NCBI RefSeq assembly: GCF_006345805.1
Contig: NC_043000.1
Coordinates: forward strand, 109,678,001-109,742,000
From: Octopus sinensis
Taxonomy: Eukaryota
Direction: 5' to 3'
DNA length: 64,000 nt
In this document: in pieces, positions 37,040-51,420 of the stretch
Layout of the letters: every line of letters begins with the position of its first letter
Numbering within the stretch: position 1 is the first letter of the stretch
Made by a program: the position numbers and the translations under genes
Notes under the pieces: model-generated
What the model was told of the DNA's origin: nothing
What the model saw: only the letters and a program-made list of their open reading frames with translations
The model's database searches: none

Positions 37040-37960
37040 GGTGACAAAGGGTCTCTCGCTCAGAGTGAAAGGTAGATTGTACCTCACGTGTGCAAACTGC
37101 CATGCTTCATGGCAGTGAAACATGGGCTGTGACTGCAGAGGACATGCATAGGCTCGAAAGAAATGAAGCTAGCATGATCCACTGGATGTAATGTCAGTGT
37201 GCACACATAAGAGTGTAAGTGTCCTGAGAGAAATGTTGGACATAAGAAGCATTGGATGTGGCGTGCAAGAGAGACGTTTGTGCTGGTATGGTCATGTACT
37301 ACAGATGGATGAGGAGAGATGTGTGAAGAAGTGCCACACCCAAACAGTTGAAGGAATCCGGGGCAGAGATAGACCCAGGAAGACATGGGATGAGATGGTC
37401 AAGCATGACCTTTGATAGTTGGGCCTCACAAAGGCAATGACAAAAGACTGAGATCTCTGGAGATATGCTGTGACTGCAAAGACCCTATAAGTAAAGTGAG
37501 TTCATGGCTGTATTCTACACCAGCTTCACATAACCAGCCCCAGTCCTATTCAAAGTACCTTGCATCGCAGGATAGCCTGCTGTGCTTACCTTAGATTGTA
37601 GGGCAATCTGCTGTGCTTGAGGAGACCTATTGAGTCAAGTGCATCAAAATAAAAATCAAATGGAAATTGTAGTTGTGATACCCGTGCTGGTGGCACATAA
37701 AAAGCACCATCCAAACATGGCCAATGCCAGTGGCATATAAAAAATACCAACCAATCATAGCCGTTGCCAGCCTCCCCTGGCATCTGTGCCAGTGGCATGT
37801 AAAAAGCACCCACTACATTCATGGAGTGGTTGGCGTTAGGAAGGGCATCCAGCTGTAGAAACACTGCCAGATTAGACTGGAGCCTGGTGCAGCCTCCTGC
37901 TTCCTAGATCCCAGTTGAACCGTCCAACCCATGCTAACATGGAAACAGACGTTAATGATG
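37040..37960 (+). mobile_element. 5'-truncated RTE LINE running into the 3' UTR/VNTR and tail
   Basis: LREMLDIRSIGCGVQERRLCWYGHVLQMDEERCVKKCH...RGRDRPRKTWDEMVKHDL followed by the tail family. Confidence 0.9.
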
Positions 37961-37972
37961 ATGATATATATA

Positions 37973-38016
<44 letters not shown>

Positions 38017-38019
38017 ATA

Positions 38020-41000
38020 TCATCATCATCATCATTTAACGTCCGCTCTCCATGCTAGCATGGGTTGGACGGTTCAACTAGGGTCTGGGGAGCCCGAAAG
38101 CTGCACCAGTCCAGTCAGATCTGGCAGTGTTTCTACAGCTGGATGCCCTTCCTAACGCCAACCACTCCGAGAGTGTAGTGGGTGATTTTATGTGCCACCG
38201 ACACAGGTGCCAGACGAGGCTGGCAGACGGCCACGCTCGGATGGTGTTTTTTATTTGCCACCGACACAGGTGCCAGACGAGGCTGGCAGACGGCCACGCT
38301 CGGATGGTGTTTTTATGTGCCACCGACACAGATGCCAGACGAGGCTGGCAGACGGCCACGCTCGGATGGTGTTTTTATGTGCCACCGACACAGGTGCCAG
38401 ATGAGGCTGGCAAACGGCCACGATCGGATGGTGCTTGTTACGTGCCCACAGCACGGAGGCCAGTCGATGCGGTACTGGCTACGGCCACGTTCGGATGGTT
38501 TTCTTATGTGCCACGTGCACCCGGGACTGGTACCACAAAGATACAAATTCCATTGATGTTCATCTATTTTGATTTGTTTTGATTTTCACTTGCCTCAACA
38601 GGTCTTCACAAGTGTCACAAGAAGGAAGGTATGCACAGGTGGACTGACTACGTCCCAGGTAGGGGCCATGGGTTATGGCCTGACTAGTCTTGCCGGGTCT
38701 TTGGATGGTGCTTTTATGTGCCACCGACACAGGTGCTAGATGAGGCTGGCGAATGGGCCACGATCGGATGGTGTTTGTCATGTGCCCACCGCACTGACTA
38801 CGGCACTGATGGATTTCTTGTGTGCCACAGGCACTGGTACAAGATACAATTCCATTGATGTTCATCTAGTTTGTCTATTTGATTTGATTTGATTTTCACT
38901 GCCTCAACCGGTCTTCACAAGTGTCACAAGAAGGAAGGTATGCACAGGTGGACTGACTAGTCTTGCCGGGTCTTCGGAGGTGTTTTTATGTGCCACCGAC
39001 ACAGGTGCCAGATGAGGCTGGCGAACGGCCATGATCGGATGGTGTTTGTTACGTGCCCACAGCACGGAGGCCGGTCGTGCAGGAACTGGCTACGGCCACG
39101 TTCGGATGGTTCTCTTGTGAGCCACCGGCACTGGTACCACAAAGTGGTGTGCCACCGGCACTGGTACCAACAAAGATACAGATTCCATTGATGTTCATCT
39201 ATTTTTATTTTGTTTTGATTTGATTTTCACTTGCCTCAACAGGTCTTCACAAGTTCACAAAGGAAGGCATGCACAGGTGGACTGACTACGTCCCAGGTAG
39301 GGCCATGGGTTATGGCCTGACTAGTCTTGCCGGGTCTTCGGATGGTGTTTTTATGTGCCGCCGACACAGGTGCTAGATGAGGCTGGCGAACGGCCACAAT
39401 CGATGGTGTTTGTCATGTGCCCACAGCACTGAGGCCAGTCGATGCGGTACTGGCTACGGCCACTTTCGGATGGTTTTCTCTTGTGTGCCACGGCACTGGT
39501 ACCACAAAGATACAAATTCCATTGATGTTCATCTATTTTGATTTGTTTTGATTTGATTTTGATTTTCACTTGCCTCAACAGGCCTTCACAAGTATCACAA
39601 GGAGGAAGGTATGCACAGGTGGACTGACTACGTCCCAGGTAGGGGCCATGGTTTATGGCCTGACTAGTCTTGCCGGGTCTTCGGAAGGTGTTTTTATGTG
39701 CCACCGACACAGGTGCCAGACGAGGCTGGCAGACGGCCACGCTCGGATGGTGTTTTTATGTGCCACCGACACAGGTGCCAGACGAGGCTGGCAGACGGCC
39801 ACGCTCGGATGGTGTTTTTATGTGCCACCGACACAGTATGTGCCACCGACACAGGTGCCAGACGAGGCTGGCAGACGGCCACGCTTGGATGGTGTTTTTA
39901 TGTGCCACCGACACAGGTGCCAGACGAGGCTGGCAGACGGCCACGCTCGGATGGTGTTTTTATGTGCCACCGACACAGGTACCAGATGAGGCTGGCAAAC
40001 GGCCACGATCGGATGGTGCTTGTTACGTGCCCACAGCACGGAGGCCAGTCGATGCGGTACTGGCTACGGCCACGTTCGGATGGTTTTCTTATGTGCCACG
40101 TGCCACCGGCACTGGTACCACAAGATACAAATTCCATTGATGTTCTCTATTTTGATTTGTTTGATTGATTTTCACTTGCCTCAACAGGTCTTCACAAGTG
40201 TCACAAGAAGGAAGGTATGCACAGGTGGACTGACTACGTCCCAGGTAGGGCCATGGTTTATGGCCTGACTAGTCTTGCCGGGTCTTCGATGGTGTTTTTA
40301 TGTGCCACCGACACAGGTGCTAGATGAGGCTGGCGAACGGCCACGATCGGATGGTGTTTGTCATGTGCCCACGCACTGACTACGGCACTGATGGATTCTT
40401 GTGTGCCACAGGCACTGGTACCACAAGATACAAATTCCATTGATGTTCATCTATTTTGTCTATTTGATTTGATTTGATTTTCACTTGCCTCAACCGGTCT
40501 TCACAAGTGTCACAAGAAGGAAGGTATGCACAGGTGGACTGACTAGTCTTGCCGGGTCTTCGGAAGGTGTTTTTATGTGCCACCGACACAGGTGCCAGAT
40601 GAGGCTGGCGAACGGCCACGATCGGATGGTGTTTGTCATGTGCCCACAGCACGGAGGCCAGTCGATGCGGTACTGGCTACGGCCACTTTCGGATGGTTTT
40701 CTTGTGTGCCACCGGTTCTGGTACCACAAAGATACAAATTCCATTGATGTTCATCTATTTTGATTTGTTTTGATTTGATTTTGATTTTGATTTTCACTTG
40801 CCTCAACAGGCCTTCACAAGTATCACAAGGAGGAAGGTATGCACAGGTGGACTGACTACGTCCCAGGTAGGGGCCATGGTTTATGGCCTGACTAGTCTGC
40901 CGGGTCTTCGGAAGTGTTTTTTATGTGCCACCGACACAGGTGCTAGATGAGGCTGGCGAACGGCCACGACCGGATGGTGTTTGTTATGTGCCACAGCACG

Positions 41001-41690
41001 ATGGCCAGTGATGCGGTACTGACTACTACGGCCATGTTCGGATGGATTCTTGTGTGCCACCGGCACTGGTACCACAAGCGGTACTGACTACTTTTTATGT
41101 GCCACCGACACAGGTGCTAGATGAGGCTGGCGAACGGCCACGACCGGATGGTGTTTGTTATGTGCCCACAGCACGATGGCGAGTGATGCGGTACTGACTA
41201 CGGCCACGTTCGGATGGATTCTTGTTTGCCACCGGCACTGGTACCACAAGCGGTACTGACTACGGCCACGTTCGGATGGATTCTGTGTTCCACCGGCACT
41301 GGTACCACAAGATACAAATTCCATTGATGTTCATCTATTTTGATTTGTTTTGATTTGATTTGATTTTCACCTCAGCAGGTCTTCACAAGTGTCACAGAAG
41401 GAAGTATGTACAGGTGGACTGACTACGTCCCAGGTAGGGCCCACGGGTTATGACCTGACTAGTCTTGCCGGGTCTTCGATGGTGTTTTTATGTGCCACCA
41501 TGTTCCCACAGCACGGAGGCCAGTCGATGCAGTACTGGCTACGGCCACGTTCGGAATGGTTTTCTGTGTGCCACAGGCACTGGTACCACAAAGATACAAA
41601 TTCCATTGATGTTCATCTATTTTGATTGATTTTCACTTGCCTCAGCCGGTCTTCACAGTGTCCACAAGAAGGAAGGTATGCACAGGTGGA
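38020..41690 (-). repeat. RTE 3' UTR-derived tandem array: 62-bp subunits, ~300-330-bp monomers, ~1584-bp higher-order period
   Basis: Marker ca(a)attccattgatgtt at 38544, 38847, 39179, 39513, 40128, 40431, 40735, 41315, 41597. Confidence 0.9.
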
Positions 41691-41691
41691 T

Positions 41692-42042
41692 CATATATAT
41701 ATATATATATATATTTATAGATATATATATATATTTATATATATATATTATATATTTATATATATATATATATATATATTATTTATATATATATATATAT
41801 TTATATATATATTAATTTGATTATATATATATATTTATATATATATATATATATTTATTATATATATTTAATTATATATATATTTAATTATATAAATATT
41901 TATATATATTATATTATATATATATATAATATATTTTATATATATTTATTATATATATATATATATATATATATATTTAATTATATAATATATATATAAT
42001 ATATATATATTTAATTATTATATATTTATATATATATTATTA

Positions 42043-42091
<49 letters not shown>

Positions 42092-42176
42092 TATATTTAA
42101 TTATATATATATTTATATATATTATATATTTAATTATATATATATTTATATATATATATATATTTAATTATATATA

Positions 42177-42207
<31 letters not shown>

Positions 42208-42264
42208 TTAATTATATATATTTAATTATATATATATATATTTAATAATATATATATATATATA

Positions 42265-42306
<42 letters not shown>

Positions 42307-42399
42307 ATTATATATATATAATATATATATATTTATATATATATTTATATATATTTATATATTTATATATATTTATATATTTATATATATTTATATATT

Positions 42400-42431
<32 letters not shown>

Positions 42432-42455
42432 ATATTTATATATATATATATATTT

Positions 42456-42508
<53 letters not shown>

Positions 42509-43113
42509 ATTTTATATATATATATATATTATATATATATATATTTTATATATATAATTTATATATATATATTATTTTATATATATATATAGATTATATA
42601 TATATTTTATATATATATATATATTTATATATATATTTATATATATATATTTATATATATATTTATATATATATATATTTATAATATATATATCTTTATA
42701 TATATTATATTTATATATATAATATATTTTATATATATATATTATTATTATATAATATATATATAATTATATATATTAATATCTATATATATAATATTAT
42801 ATAGATATATTATATTTATATATATTATATTTTATATATATATTATCTATATATATATTATATATATAATTTATATATATTATATATGTATATATATTTA
42901 TATATGTATATATATTTATATATGTATATATATTTATATATGTATATATTTTATTATATTTTAATTATGTTATATATTTATTATGTATATATATTTATAT
43001 ATATTTATATATGTATATATATTTATATATGTCATATATTTATATATGTATATATATGTATATATATTTATATAGTTTATATATTTATATATGGTTATAT
43101 ATATTTATATATG

Positions 43114-43180
<67 letters not shown>

Positions 43181-43231
43181 TTTATATATATATATTTATA
43201 TATATATATATTTATATCTATATATTATATT

Positions 43232-43285
<54 letters not shown>

Positions 43286-43788
43286 ATATATTTATATATT
43301 TATATATATATTTATATATATATTATATATTTATATATATATATTTCTATATTATATATATATATTTATATATATATACTATTTATAATATATATTTATA
43401 TATTTATATATATATTTATATATATATATCTATCTTATATATATATATATTTATAATATATATAGATATATATTTATATATATATATATTTATATATTAT
43501 ATATTTATTTATATATATATTTATATATATATAATATTTATATATATATTATGTATTTATATATATATTATAAGATTTATATATATATTTATATATATTA
43601 TATTTATATATATATTATATGTATTTATATATATATTTATATATTCTATATTTAATATATATATATTATTATATATATTTTATATTATATATGTATTATT
43701 CGATATTATATATATATATATATTTATATTATATTTATATATATATTTATATATATATATTATATATTTATATATATTTATATATATA

Positions 43789-43831
<43 letters not shown>

Positions 43832-43851
43832 TTTATATATTACTTTCTATA

Positions 43852-43890
<39 letters not shown>

Positions 43891-43923
43891 TATATATTTA
43901 TATATATTTATATATATATTTTT

Positions 43924-43954
<31 letters not shown>

Positions 43955-44013
43955 TTATATATATTTATATATATTTATATATTTATCATATAATATATAT
44001 ATATTTATATATT

Positions 44014-44045
<32 letters not shown>

Positions 44046-44141
44046 ATTATATATATATATATATTATATATATAATATTTATCTACGCTATATATATATC
44101 TTTATGATATATATATATATCTTTATATATTACTATATATT

Positions 44142-44172
<31 letters not shown>

Positions 44173-44306
44173 TTATTATATATATATCTTTAATATATAC
44201 TATATATATATCTATATATATATCTATTATATCTAATATATATTCTCTATAATATAAATATATTATCTATATATATATTTATATATATATATATCTATAT
44301 TATATA

Positions 44307-44341
<35 letters not shown>

Positions 44342-44563
44342 TTATATTATATATATATATATATATATATTATTGATATATATATATATTTATATATATA
44401 TATATATATATATCATTATATATTATATATATAATTATATCTATATTATATCATATATATATATATTTATCTATCTATTATTTATATATATAATTTATAT
44501 ATATCTATCTTATAATTATCTATATATATATTTATATATATTCTATATATATAATATTTATAT

Positions 44564-44600
<37 letters not shown>

Positions 44601-44693
44601 CTATTCTATATATATATATAATATATATATTTATATATATTTATATCTTTATATATATTTATATATATTTATATATATATCTATATATATATT

Positions 44694-44746
<53 letters not shown>

Positions 44747-44774
44747 ATATTTATATATCTATATATATATATTT

Positions 44775-44806
<32 letters not shown>

Positions 44807-45159
44807 CTATTTTATCTATATTTATATATATATCTATATATTTATATATATATATCTATATATATTTCTATATATATTATATTATTTATATATATATATA
44901 ATCTATTTTATATATATATATATTTATATATATCTTAATATATATATATATCTATATATATTATTTATATTTATATATATAATATATATTTATATATATA
45001 TATATTATATATATATAGTTATATTATATATATATATATATCTATATATATTTATATATATTATATATTTATATATATATTTTATATATATTATATATAT
45101 ATATATAGATTTATTTATATATATTATTATATTATTATATATATATATTTATATATATT

Positions 45160-45192
<33 letters not shown>

Positions 45193-45242
45193 CTATATAT
45201 TTATATATATATATATATATAGTTATATATCTATATATATTT

Positions 45243-45316
<74 letters not shown>

Positions 45317-46134
45317 CTAATTTATATATAATATATCTATATTTTATTATATATCTATATATATTTATATATATACTATTTATATATATATATATATATT
45401 ATATATTTATATATCTATTTATATATATATTTATAATATATATATATATTTATATATATATATATATTTTATATATTATATATATCTTTATATATATATT
45501 TATATATAATATATATTTATATATATATTTCTATCTATATATATATATCTATATATATATTTATATCTATCTATATATATATATATTTATATATATTTAT
45601 ATATATCCATATATATTATATATATATATACATATATTATATATATTTATATATATTTATTATATACATATATATTTATATATATATATACCTATATATT
45701 TATATATATATCTACATATATATTTATATATATTTATATATATTTATATATATATCTCTAACATATATATTTATATATATTTATATATATACATATATAT
45801 TTATATATATAATTAATACATATATTATCATATATATATATATACATCTATTTTATATATATTATATATATCACATATATATTTCTATATCTATATATAA
45901 TACATATATATTTATATATATATATCTATATATATATTTATATATCTATATACATATATATATTTATATATATACATATATATTTATATACATATATATT
46001 TATATATATATCTATATTTATATATATTTTATATATATTTATATCTATATCATATATATTATATATCTATATATATATTTACTATATATCATATATATTT
46101 ATATATATATATATATATTTATATATATACTATA

Positions 46135-46173
<39 letters not shown>

Positions 46174-47632
46174 TATATATATACATATATATTTATATAT
46201 ATATATATATATTTATATTATACATCTATATTTATATATATATATATATATTTTATATATATACATATTATATTTATATATTTATATATATATATAATTT
46301 ATATATATCATATAATATTATATATATATATACTATATTATATATAGACATATATATTTATATATATACATATATATTTATATATATACTATATATTTAT
46401 ATATATATATATATTTTATATATAATATATATAATATTATATATATATATATTTATATATATATTTATATATATATATTTATATATATATATATATATTT
46501 ATTTATTATTTATATATATATATATAATATATATATTTATATATATATATATATATATTTATAGATATAATATATATATATTTTTATATATCTTACTATT
46601 TATATATATAGATATATCTATATATATATTATATATATATATATTTATATATATAATATATATATATATATTTATTATATCTATTTTATATATATAGATA
46701 TATATATATATATTTAATATATATATATTTATATATATATTTTATTATATATTTATATATATATATATTATAATATATTTATAGATCTATATATATATAT
46801 TTATATATATATATTTTATATATATATATTTATATATATATTTATATATCTATATATATTTTATATATATATTATATATTTATATATATTTATATATTTA
46901 TATATATATTTATATATATATTTATATATTTATATATATATATAATTTATATATATATATTTTATTATTTTTATATATATATATTTATATATTTATTATT
47001 ATATATTAATATTTATATATATATTTTATATATTTTAATATATATATATATTTATATATATATATTTATATATTTATATATATCTATATATATTTATATA
47101 TATATATTCATATATATATATATTATATTTATATATTTAATCTATATATATATTATATATATATATATTATATCTATATATATATATATAATATTTATAT
47201 ATATATATATATTTATATATATTTTATATATATAATTTATATATATCTATATATATTTATATATATATATTTATATATTTATATATATATTTTATATTTA
47301 GATTATATATATATATTTATATATATATATTTATATATTATATATATATTTATATATTTATATATATATATTTTATATTTTATATATATAATATATATTT
47401 ATTTATATATTTATATATTTATATCATATTTATATATTTATATATATATCTATATATTATATAGATCTATTTTATATATTTATATATATATATATTTATT
47501 TATTATATATATTTATATTATATATATATTTATATCTATATATTTATATATATATATATTTAATAGATATTTATATTTATATATATTTATATATATTTTT
47601 ATATTTATATATTAATATTATATATATTTATA

Positions 47633-47683
<51 letters not shown>

Positions 47684-47786
47684 ATATATATATATATTAT
47701 ATATATATTCTTTATATATATATATTATATATATATATATATATATATTTTATATATTTATATATATATATATATCTATATTTATA

Positions 47787-47817
<31 letters not shown>

Positions 47818-47818
47818 C

Positions 47819-47850
<32 letters not shown>

Positions 47851-47930
47851 TTATATATATATTATATATATATATATATTATATCTATATATATATATAT
47901 TTATTATTTATATATCTATAATATATATAT

Positions 47931-47975
<45 letters not shown>

Positions 47976-48050
47976 TTTTATATATTATATATATATATAT
48001 TTATATATATATTATATATATATATATATTATATATATATATATATTATA
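41692..48050. repeat. ~6.4-kb degenerate (AT)n tract
   Basis: Almost only A/T; interruptions mostly TTT and C on the plus strand. Confidence 0.95.
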
Positions 48051-48538
48051 TAAAGGGCTTAGTAAAATAAATTACTTTGCCGCATACTGAACTCATTAGA
48101 ATAGCAGCTAAAAAATTTTTTAAGGCTATTTCTAATACTTAAAGAAATCTCTCTCATGTTTGCATAATTTAACTCACAAAAGTTTGGGGGTAATGACATC
48201 GAAAATCAATGCTAAGGTTATTCGAGAACGTACGTTTCAAGATTAGTCAAACAACATTTCTATCATCGGCTCGGAAATTCCTGGTTTGGATTTGGAAACA
48301 CTGAAAATAAGAACATACCCTCTCGAAGATCTGCTCCCACTAACAGTGCCACAAATTCAAAATAAGCAAGCGAAGAATCTCTGTTCTCTCTCCCCTTTCC
48401 ACCAGCGTGGGTTAAAATCATCAAACTCTATGCTTATTTCGGTAAAGTCCGAAGCATTAATCAGAGGGAGATTAATTTGCATACTGAACACTTGGTGAAA
48501 TTGATTAATAATTAATTAATTTTGCCCTCAATTGTTGA

Positions 48539-48541
<3 letters not shown>
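48045..48541 (-). mobile_element. Penelope-like/retrozyme-like element between AT tracts; diverged relative of 57851-58407 with an inverted terminus
   Basis: Shared body aagggcttagtaaaataaattactttgcc...; 48480-48540 is the reverse complement of 57851-57911. Confidence 0.7.
48223..48273 (-). ncRNA. Minimal hammerhead-like motif
   Basis: Minus: CGAG-CCGATGA-TAGA...TCTT-GAAA-C-GTAC-G-TT-CTCG. Confidence 0.5.
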
Positions 48542-48575
<34 letters not shown>

Positions 48576-48831
48576 ATAATATTTATATATATATTTTATA
48601 TATATTTATATATTTATATATATTTATATATATTTATATTTATATATATATTTATATATATATATATTTATATATATATATATATAATTTATATATATTA
48701 TATATATATTTAGATATATTATATATTTATATATATTTATATATATATATATATATATTTATTATATAGTTTATATTATTATATATTTTATATATATTTA
48801 TATATTTATATATATATTATATATATATATT

Positions 48832-48867
<36 letters not shown>

Positions 48868-49790
48868 TTATATATTATATATATATTTATATATATTTAT
48901 TATATATTATATATAATTTTATATTATATATATGTATATATATATTTATATATATATTTATATATATTTATATTATATTATATATATTTATATATATATT
49001 TATATATATTTATATAGATATATTTTATATATATTTATATATTATATTTATATATATTTTATATATATATTTATATATATTATATATATTTATATATATA
49101 TTTATATATATTATATATATTTTATATATATATTATATATATATTATTATATATTTATATATATTATATATATATTTATAATATATTTATATATATTTTA
49201 TATATATTTATATATAATATTATATATATATTTATATATATATTTTATATATATTTATATATATATTATATATATATTTAATATATATTTAATATATATT
49301 TATATATATATTTATATATATATTTATATATATTTTTATATATATATTTATATATATTTATATATATATATTTATATATATATTTTATATATATATTTAT
49401 ATATTATTTATATTATATTTTTATATATATTTATATATATATTTATATATTTATATATATATTTATATATATATTTATATATATATTATATATATATATT
49501 TATATATAATATTTATATATATATTTATATATATCTTTTTATATATATATTTTATATATATATTTTATATATTATTTTTTATATATATATTTTTATATAT
49601 ATATTTTTATATATATATTTTTATATATATATTTTTATATTATATTTTTATATATATATTTTTATATATATATTTTTATATATATATTTTTATATAATAT
49701 TTTGTATATATATATTTTTATATATATATTTTTATATATATATTTTTTATATATATATTTTTATATATATTTTTATATATATTTATATAT
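48542..49790. repeat. Degenerate (AT)n tract with a ~14-bp sub-period near its right end
   Basis: Seen directly. Confidence 0.95.
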
Positions 49791-51101
49791 AGCACTGGGT
49801 GCTAAACGCTGCTCAACCACTCAAATGTGAAGTGATATATCTCGACTTTGCAAAGGCCTTTGATAAAGTCGATCATGGAATGATATGTCACAACTGCGTG
49901 ATCTCAACATAGTTGGACAACTGGGAGAATGGCCTCATGACTTTCTGAAGGATAGAAGTCAGGTGGTAGTAGCCAATGGGGCCACCTCCATTAACACCAA
50001 AAAGTGAGCGGTGTTCGCAGGGCACTGTTCTGGGACCACTACTGTTCATAATGGCCCTCTCAGACATGCCCTCAGCCACGCAGAGAGCCACGATCACAAG
50101 TTATGCAGATGATACAAAGTTTCACAGGCAATACAGAACCCTGAGGACACTAAACACCTGCAATGTGAGCTGGACGAAATATACAAGTGGGCTGAAAAGA
50201 ATAGCATGCAGTTCAATGCTGGAAAGTTTCAAGCTTTATACTATCAGCATGCAAACTGAATGCAATAGCCAATGAATACACTGGACCCGGAGGGATTGCA
50301 ATCCCAAGAGGCACAATCAGTGCGTGACCTGGGTATTCACATGATTGATGACGCGACCTTTCATGTACATGTTGCTAACTGACACTGAAATGTAGACGGC
50401 TGGCTGGATGGATTCTTAGAAACCTTTAGAACAAAGAGAACAAGAAACCATGATGTCCTCTGGAAGACACTTGTCCTAAGCCACTTTGACTATTGCTCTC
50501 AGCTATGGTCACCATCCAGTGTCAGTTGATCACAGAACTTGAGGCGACCCCACGAAGCTACACAAAGAAGATAGCCTCTATGCAGAATGTAAGCTTCTGG
50601 GAAAGACTCAAGATTTAAATATATTCCCTGGAGCGTATGGCGGGAAAGATATGCCATAATATACATCTGGAAGATCCTGGAGGAAGTGTCCTGAACTTTG
50701 GCATCGAGAGTTACGCAAATGCCAGAACTGGGCGCCACTGCGTGGTGCCTAGGACTCCACCTGCCATCAAGATGTAGGACAAGTTCTTGATAGCCTGGGC
50801 TTCCGAGGCCCACAGCTCTTCAATATCCTCCCGAAGACCTGAGAGACCTGCATGGGGTGGATACAGATGTCTTTAAAATGAAGCTGGATCTCTTCCTGTC
50901 AGGTGTCCCAGATGAACCAACTTCACGGCAGGAGGGGCAGATGAGGGCAGCTGCATCGAACTCTCTCAATGCACACCAATAGCAGTTGCTAGAAAGCCTC
51001 CATGAAGTGAAACCAAGTAGCACCACCAAATGGCGGTGCCCCAGCATGGCCACAGCTCATAAGCTGAAACTAGAATCAATCAATCAATCAATCAATCAAT
51101 C
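49791..51101 (+). mobile_element. 5'-truncated CR1-clade LINE, frameshifted reverse transcriptase, (AATC)n tail
   Basis: IYLDFAKAFDKVDHG, QGTVLGPLLF, YADDTK, LWKTLVLSHFDYCSQLWSP motifs. Confidence 0.95.
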
Positions 51102-51219
51102 ATATATTTTATATATATTTATATATATATTTATATATATATTTATATATATTTTTATATATATATTTTATATATATTTATATATTATTTATATATATAT
51201 ATATAGTATCTATATATAT

Positions 51220-51420
51220 CCGAACATGGTTGATGCCAGTGGCCTGTAAAAAGTACCCACTACACTCTCAGTGTTTGGCATTAGGAAGGGCATCAAGCTG
51301 TAGAAACTCTGCCAGTTCAGATTGGAGCTTGGTGCAACCTTCTGGCTTGCCAGTCCCCCAGTCGAACCATCCAACCCATGCCAGCATGGAAAGCAGACAT
51401 TAAACGATGATGATGATATA
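51220..51420 (+). mobile_element. RTE 3' tail fragment
   Basis: Recurrent family motif. Confidence 0.8.

Noticed and set aside
38078-41625. Repetitive ORFs such as PPTQVPDEAGRRPRSDG
   Set aside because: By-product of the GC-rich tandem array; frames break by indels between units and are open on both strands.
38190-41690. CRISPR-like appearance of the array
   Set aside because: Inter-repeat segments are homologous rather than unique spacers; no cas genes; eukaryotic context.
41626-49792. Long Ile/Tyr ORFs (up to 332 aa)
   Set aside because: Translations of (AT)n microsatellite; no coding signal.
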